Source: Leptolyngbyaceae cyanobacterium
Lineage (GTDB): Bacteria; Cyanobacteriota; Cyanobacteriia; Phormidesmidales; Phormidesmidaceae
Length of the DNA stretch: 64,000 nucleotides
Assembly (NCBI GenBank): GCA_965263355.1
Contig: CBDHHL010000032.1
Location: 1,728,001 to 1,792,000 of the forward strand
Direction of reading: 5' to 3'
Below are positions 58,331-64,000 of this stretch, one piece after another. The notes under the pieces were generated by a model that saw only the letters and a program-made list of their open reading frames with translations, made no database searches and was not told the DNA's origin. The translations under genes were made by a program, and so were the position numbers. Within the stretch, counting starts at the first letter, position 1. Every line of letters begins with the position of its first letter.

Positions 58331-59353
58331 ATGGCTTCAGAACTGTTTATTTCCGTTGTCATTCCCACCTACAGTCGAGAAGCTGTTCTCTGCAGCACCA
58401 TTGACAATGTCCTACAACAAACCTATCCAGCGTTTGAGGTAATTATTGTCGATCAAACCCAAACCCATGAACCCGCAACGGTAGAGTTTCTCAATAGCTT
58501 AAAAACAAACCCTAAAGTGACGCTGTACACCGTCGACTGGGCCAGTTTGCCCGCTGCTCGTAACTATGCGGTAGAGAGGTCCCACGGCGATATCATTCTA
58601 TTTTTAGATGACGATGTAGAACTCCCTGAGGGGTTCTTAGCAGCCCATGCCCAAAATTATCAAACCCATTCGGACATTGGAGCAGTGGCTGGACGCGTCT
58701 TTGACCGGATGAAGCTAGCCGAGTCCAATTCAGCTAAACGGATTGAAACCCTGCCACCAGAAGCCATGGACCCAGGTATTGCCTGGTACCACATTGATCT
58801 GGTGCATACAATCAAACCCCAGCAGGTCCTTACCGCCCGAGGCTGTAATATGTCATTTCGCCGTGATGTCTTTGATTCCCATGGATTACGGTTTGATGAA
58901 CGCTTCCAGGGCAGCGCCGTACGAGAAGAATCGGACTTTTGCCTACGGTTTCGACGCACGGGGCTAAAAATTTGGTACGACCCAGAGGCCAATCTTATTC
59001 ACCTGGGTGAAGAAACTGGCGGCTGTCACGATATCGATACGCGATCGTTGAAATACCAGCTGACGTTTTATCACAATCATTTTTTAATGGCGTTAAAAAA
59101 TCTCACCCCCTGGCAGCTGCTCAGACTGTCGGGACGGTTGTTTGACTGCCATGTCCTGGGTAATCCCCCCTGTAACAAAAGTGGTTCCCCGATAAAAGTT
59201 ATTAGTCGTTTTGGGTTTTATACCCTCGGCTTTTTACAAGCCTGTTGGACACTGATTACCACCTTTAACAGCAAGGGTCGTCTGTTCAGTTTACCTGCCC
59301 AAACCATGCCTGAGGTGAAACATTTAGATGTAACGTCGTTAACAGAGGCGTAA
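58331..59353 (+). CDS. hpsN: GT2 glycosyltransferase HpsN
   Basis: ISVVIPTY, LFLDDD, ARGCNMSFRR, AVREESDF, HLGEETGGCH. Confidence 0.78.
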   Translation: MASELFISVVIPTYSREAVLCSTIDNVLQQTYPAFEVIIVDQTQTHEPATVEFLNSLKTNPKVTLYTVDWASLPAARNYAVERSHGDIILFLDDDVELPEGFLAAHAQNYQTHSDIGAVAGRVFDRMKLAESNSAKRIETLPPEAMDPGIAWYHIDLVHTIKPQQVLTARGCNMSFRRDVFDSHGLRFDERFQGSAVREESDFCLRFRRTGLKIWYDPEANLIHLGEETGGCHDIDTRSLKYQLTFYHNHFLMALKNLTPWQLLRLSGRLFDCHVLGNPPCNKSGSPIKVISRFGFYTLGFLQACWTLITTFNSKGRLFSLPAQTMPEVKHLDVTSLTEA

Positions 59354-59360
59354 TCTAACC

Positions 59361-60530
59361 ATGAAAGTCTTAGTTGCTAGTCATAGCTACATTGTTGACC
59401 TCAATTGTGAAAAGCTGCGGGAATTGGCCCATATGGGTCATGACGTTACCGTGGTGGTGCCCAAACGCTGGAACCCAGGTGGGGTACAAACTCGCATCAT
59501 TGAACCCGAACCCCGTCAAGAAGGGTCGTTTCAGGTGGTACCCATTGCCAACTTTAGCCAAAACAACCAGGGACTACTCAGTTTTGGTTGGGGAATCGTT
59601 GATTTATTGCGGACGTTTCAGCCCGATATTATCCAAGTGGAACAGGGATCTAAATCCCTGGGATATGCGGAATTAATTACCTTGAATCGATTACTGGGGG
59701 GTAAGGCCAAAAACCTGTTCTTTACCTGGTGGAACTTACCCTATGAGGTGAAATTTCCCCTTTCTTTACTAGAGGGGTATAACCTGCGCCATACCGATGG
59801 ACTGGTAGTGGGGAATCAAGACGGGGCCGACATTCTTAAAGACCATGGATACCATGGCCCGGTACGAGTCATGCCCCAGCTAGGGGTGGATGAGAGCCTG
59901 TTTTGTCCCAAAGAACAGCCCCAGCTACGTCAGCAGCTTTCAATTCCTGATCAAGACTTTGTCGTCGGATTTGTCGGACGCTTTGTCCCTGAAAAAGGGC
60001 TGATCACCTTATTTAAGGCGCTAGAAACAGTGGCTAATTTACCTTGGACTCTGGTGTTGCTAGGTCGTGGTCCCTTAAAAGAAGAACTACAGACCCAAGC
60101 CCAAACGTTGGGTATTGCTGAGCGCATTCGTTGGGTTGAGAGCGTACCCCATGATACGGTGCCTGATTACATTAACCTTATGGATACCCTAGTCCTACCG
60201 TCTGAAACGACCTATGCATTTAAGACCCTGACATCCGTAGGCTGGAAAGAGCAGTTTGGCCATGTGTTAATTGAAGCCATGGCCTGTCAGGTACCGGTCA
60301 TCGGCTCAGACTCTGGCGAAATTCCCCACGTCATTGATGACTGTGGCTTGGTTTTTCCAGAAGGCAATCATGACGCCCTGGCGGATCGGATACGTCAACT
60401 TGTTCAACAACCGGAACAGCAACAATATTTAGCTAAAAAAGGCTACGACAGAGCGATGCAACGCTATACCAATAAAGCCCTGGCAAAGGAGCTGTTAGCC
60501 TTTTACCAAGAACTATTGACCGTTCAATAA
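59361..60530 (+). CDS. hpsO: GT4 glycosyltransferase HpsO
   Basis: VASHSYIVDLNCEKL, FFTWWN, GWKEQFGHVLIEAMAC. Confidence 0.8.
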   Translation: MKVLVASHSYIVDLNCEKLRELAHMGHDVTVVVPKRWNPGGVQTRIIEPEPRQEGSFQVVPIANFSQNNQGLLSFGWGIVDLLRTFQPDIIQVEQGSKSLGYAELITLNRLLGGKAKNLFFTWWNLPYEVKFPLSLLEGYNLRHTDGLVVGNQDGADILKDHGYHGPVRVMPQLGVDESLFCPKEQPQLRQQLSIPDQDFVVGFVGRFVPEKGLITLFKALETVANLPWTLVLLGRGPLKEELQTQAQTLGIAERIRWVESVPHDTVPDYINLMDTLVLPSETTYAFKTLTSVGWKEQFGHVLIEAMACQVPVIGSDSGEIPHVIDDCGLVFPEGNHDALADRIRQLVQQPEQQQYLAKKGYDRAMQRYTNKALAKELLAFYQELLTVQ

Positions 60531-60680
60531 GGGATGAGGATTTAATAACTTTCATGATTTTGCTTGAGGCAAATCAGGCCCCCCTTTCCCCGCCTGGGAG
60601 GGGCAGCGGAGTGGGTAACCGTTAGCGCAAGTGATCGAAACCCACCCCGTCAATTGCTCATTATTAAATTTTCGATCCTA
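60530..60680. mobile_element. Possible MITE remnant
   Basis: agggatgaggatttaataa vs reverse complement taggatcgaaaatttaataa; GC-rich REP-like interior. Confidence 0.4.
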
Positions 60681-60854
60681 GTAGTAAAAAAAGTAGAGAA
60701 ATCTCCTCTATCTTAAACGTAATTGTTGTTGTCAAAGTTCTCAAGCGGTGACTTCAAAAAAGTTTCATAAATTAAATCGTCTCAACAATTTTTTTGATGT
60801 AATTATTCAAATCAGGTCGAAGTTGTCTAAACTGAGGCTAATTACCAAAATGTA

Positions 60855-61838
60855 TTGATTGAACCAGTGGTCACAAGAGCAGAACATATCGGTTATTTCC
60901 CAGTTGGACGATTAGTCGGACGATTTTCGCTCCTGGTCAGTGTGACCTTGGCTATATCCGCCTGTGGCAGTGACGGTGGCGGTAGCAGTAGTAATGGCGG
61001 TAGCAGCAGTAGTCCAGCTATAACGCCTGTACTTTTTAGTGAGGCTGAGCAGCTTGTCTTAGAGGTTCAACCCATTCAAGTCTGTGACGATGATGGTATT
61101 GTTTGCGCCCAGGTAGAGTTTTTTGAAACTGTTACCGATAAGATCTGGGGGCAGGCCGGTATTGACGTAGCGTTTTTACCAACCAATCAGCTTAACGATA
61201 GTACCTACCTGATTGCCGATGATGATGAATTTTTTGATTTATCGTTTACGGGTGATCCAGGTGATTTTGGCCGTCACCCAGAGTCTACAGACACTAGCGG
61301 TCCAATCAATCTTTGGTTAGTAGACCAAATTGAAGCCTCTGAAGGCTTGGTGCAGTTTGGTAATGCTTGGGTCGGTTTCAATGGCGTCTTAGTCAGTGAT
61401 GATATTTTCGACTTCAACGATGGCGTTGGGCGCATGGACGTCATTGCCCATGAACTTGGTCATAACCTGGGATTGCGCCATTCTACTTTTGGGGCAGGGA
61501 CGCCGGAAAATTTGATGAGTAGCGGTGCCGTACGTACCGTTCCTGAATCGATTGACGATATTTTTCCAGATGGTGACGGATTATCGCAACTGACACCAGA
61601 GCAAATTGATGTTGCTCGCAGTAGTTCTTTTGTCACCTCTTTAGAGCCAGATGAGGCTTTGCCCATTACTGAAGCAGATGCAGTACCGATTGAATTATTA
61701 GCAGCAGCGAGCGCTGCTCCAAGTTCACAGTTTTTAGCGGCTACACAGCCTGTAACGGTTCCCGAAAGCACACTACCTTGGGCTTGGCTATGGCTATTAC
61801 CTCTAGGCAAAGCAGTTTATAGTCGTATCAATCGTTAA
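60855..61838 (+). CDS. Metzincin-type Zn metalloprotease, lipoprotein with PEP-CTERM-like tail
   Basis: Lipobox ISAC + G/S linker; HELGHNLGLRH; Met-turn NLMS; VPEST + hydrophobic + basic end. Confidence 0.8.
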   Translation: MIEPVVTRAEHIGYFPVGRLVGRFSLLVSVTLAISACGSDGGGSSSNGGSSSSPAITPVLFSEAEQLVLEVQPIQVCDDDGIVCAQVEFFETVTDKIWGQAGIDVAFLPTNQLNDSTYLIADDDEFFDLSFTGDPGDFGRHPESTDTSGPINLWLVDQIEASEGLVQFGNAWVGFNGVLVSDDIFDFNDGVGRMDVIAHELGHNLGLRHSTFGAGTPENLMSSGAVRTVPESIDDIFPDGDGLSQLTPEQIDVARSSSFVTSLEPDEALPITEADAVPIELLAAASAAPSSQFLAATQPVTVPESTLPWAWLWLLPLGKAVYSRINR

Positions 61839-61857
61839 TCAATCGTTAATTTTTGGT

Positions 61858-63102
61858 GTGCCTATGGCTCAGGCCAATCCACTCAATGTGCTTCAAATTG
61901 TGCCATCGATTTCGTTGGTATATGGTGGCCCTAGCCAGATGGTGCGCGGTCTTAGCAGCGCGTTGGCTAACCAAGGGGTCAATGTGACGGTACTGACAAC
62001 AGATGCCAATGGGGATGAAGGACAGGCTCCTTTAGATGTGCCTTTAAATCAACCCGTGGAAACCGATGGTTATCGTACGGTTTATTTTCGGTGCTCACCG
62101 TTTCGGCGCTACAAGTTTTCGCTACCGCTATTGCAATGGTTAAAGCGGCATGGAACCGAGTACGATATCGCCCATATTCATGCATTGTTTTCGCCGGTTA
62201 GTAGTGCGGCAGCGACGGTGGCCCGTTGGCAAAATTTGCCGTATATTTTGCGTCCCCTCGGGACCCTTGACCCAGCAGACCTGGCGAAGAAAAAGCAATT
62301 TAAGCAGCTCTATGCGGCCCTGCTGGAACGACCTAATATTAAAGGAGCGACAGCACTTCATTTTACGAGTGAACAGGAGGCAAAAGTATCAGAGCGGTTT
62401 GGGGTCAATACTCGGGATGTGGTGTTGCCGTTAGGTGTGGTGCTGCCGAAGTTTAGTTGCAGTGATGCTGATGCTCAGCAAAGGATTCGGCAACGCTATG
62501 GCATTTCTGAGGGCGTGCCAATTGTTTTATTTATGTCTCGCATCGACCCGAAAAAGGGGCTGGATTTACTGCTGCCTGCCCTGGAAGAATTGTGCCGCAC
62601 CGACAAGCGGTTTCATTTTATTCTTAGCGGGGGTAATCCACAGGATCAGGCCTATGTGGAAACCATTGGTCAGCGGATAGACAATTCTATTTTGAAGGAT
62701 TGCTCGACGATAACGGGCTTTGTCTCGGGTGATCTAAAAGCACAAATCCTACAGGCAGCGGATGTTTTTGTCCTACCGTCCTATTATGAAAATTTTGGCA
62801 TTGCGGTGGCAGAGGCCATGATGGCAGGTAAACCTGTGGTGATTTCAGACCAGGTACATATTTGGCAGGACATTAAGTCGAGCCAGAGTGGCTGGGTGAC
62901 TGGTTGCGATCAGGCGGGCTTAACCCAAACTCTGGTCAACGCTCTGGCTAATAGTGTAGACCGTCGCCAGCGCGGTGAAAATGGTCGGGCATTTGCCCAG
63001 GAGAATTATGGGTGGGATGCGATCGCATCCCGCATGTTAAAAACCTACCATCAACTTTTGCTAGAAAGCCATCACGGCCAGGTTCCTCAAAAAAATGCCT
63101 GA
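61858..63102 (+). CDS. hpsP: GT4 glycosyltransferase HpsP
   Basis: VPSISLVYGGPSQMV, CSPFRRYKFS, RPLGTLDPADL, SYYENFGIAVAEAM. Confidence 0.8.
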   Translation: MPMAQANPLNVLQIVPSISLVYGGPSQMVRGLSSALANQGVNVTVLTTDANGDEGQAPLDVPLNQPVETDGYRTVYFRCSPFRRYKFSLPLLQWLKRHGTEYDIAHIHALFSPVSSAAATVARWQNLPYILRPLGTLDPADLAKKKQFKQLYAALLERPNIKGATALHFTSEQEAKVSERFGVNTRDVVLPLGVVLPKFSCSDADAQQRIRQRYGISEGVPIVLFMSRIDPKKGLDLLLPALEELCRTDKRFHFILSGGNPQDQAYVETIGQRIDNSILKDCSTITGFVSGDLKAQILQAADVFVLPSYYENFGIAVAEAMMAGKPVVISDQVHIWQDIKSSQSGWVTGCDQAGLTQTLVNALANSVDRRQRGENGRAFAQENYGWDAIASRMLKTYHQLLLESHHGQVPQKNA

Positions 63103-63563
63103 CACCTTAATTCTGCCGTTCTGCTATCAAAATATCGAGGTTTGTAAGTTACTGCGAGCATATAGTACCTTGGAGGAATTATTCAGAAGATCTCCTTAAG
63201 AATATTTTTTCTAAAATATATTTTTCTGTATACTTAGCAATACAAGCCGTATTTTAAAGTAAGCCCCATTGGGTAAAGATGATGCTTATTTTCACTTGAT
63301 AGTTCAGATAGTGTTCGATTAATCACTTTCAAAAAAAGTGTCAAATGCTACTACACTCCTCAATCCTCTCTAGGTTCAACGTTTGAGTTAGGAGTTCTAT
63401 ACTTCTATACAGATTATCTTTTTAATCCATCTTCCTGCAACAGCTCTTGAGACATAAGTAAAATCTTGAACATGCCTGTAGATGATAATTCTTAAGTTAG
63501 TAAGTTGTTTCAAGCAACGGACATCGTAAAAGAGTAGGATCTACAAGAATATTCGCTTTAGAA

Positions 63564-64000
63564 ATGAGCAATACAACAATTACACCGTCTGGGGCTGTAA
63601 AGCTAGGTCTGATTGGAACAGGAAAGTTTGCACAAGAATATTACTTACCTGCTTTTTCTAACCATAAGAAAGCACAAATTACGTCTATAGCCAATAGAAG
63701 TAAAGATAAAGCTTTTGATATTGCGGAGAAATACAACATTAGTCAGGTTTACACAGGAAATGATGGTTGGGAGAAATTAATTGAAGTCAGTGACGTTGAT
63801 GCCATAATTATATGTACTCCTAATTTCTTACATGCAGAAATTGCAATTGCAGCATTAGAATCTGGTAAGCACGTTTTAGTCGAGAAACCAATGGCGGTTT
63901 CGTTAGAGGAAGCAAACGCCATGATTTCTGCAGCTGCAACCAATGAAGTTATTCTGATGGTGTCATTTCCTCAGCGGTTTATGGCACCCATGCAAGAATG
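63564..64000 (+). CDS. Gfo/Idh/MocA family oxidoreductase, 3'-partial (not in the ORF track)
   Basis: KLGLIGTGKFA, VDAIIICTPNFLH, GKHVLVEKPMA. Confidence 0.9.
   Translation, partial: MSNTTITPSGAVKLGLIGTGKFAQEYYLPAFSNHKKAQITSIANRSKDKAFDIAEKYNISQVYTGNDGWEKLIEVSDVDAIIICTPNFLHAEIAIAALESGKHVLVEKPMAVSLEEANAMISAAATNEVILMVSFPQRFMAPMQE

Noticed and set aside
1..64000. tRNA, rRNA, intact transposase, integrase or prophage genes; other short overlapping track ORFs
   Set aside because: None recognised; the short ORFs lie antisense or out of frame within well-supported genes.

Overview
Cyanobacterial chromosomal window, probably a filamentous Leptolyngbya-like strain (frequent HIP1 octamer GCGATCGC, heptamer repeats, hps genes). 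Left to right: membrane protein and LivJ-type binding protein; organoarsenical-type ars cluster (arsR-arsP-esterase-hypothetical-tauE fragment-arsH) with two operator-like palindromes; PAS-GGDEF-EAL; a 21-bp palindromic tandem array before a triple-TIR/WD40 gene; TPR pseudo-aspartyl protease; several pseudogenes; a ~13-kb phosphate-scavenging cluster (giant nested phytase-like/GDPD protein, orphan GspE/PilB ATPase, metallophosphoesterase, PEP-CTERM protein, PhoX, two paralogous unknown secreted proteins, Pho-box-like arrays); an NLR-like locus; Uma2; an LCIB-like carbonic anhydrase candidate; purple-acid-phosphatase-like, TonB-like and M50 protease genes; a haemagglutinin pseudogene; hpsL/N/O/P with an inserted metzincin; and a partial AT-rich Gfo/Idh/MocA gene. 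The best candidate for a new system is the NLR-like locus at 42679-46649. There a helical effector with an amyloid-like tail is separated by one in-frame TAG from an NB-ARC domain and 14 near-identical 120-bp TPR units that vary combinatorially at three sites. All calls come from motif reading; no database search was run.
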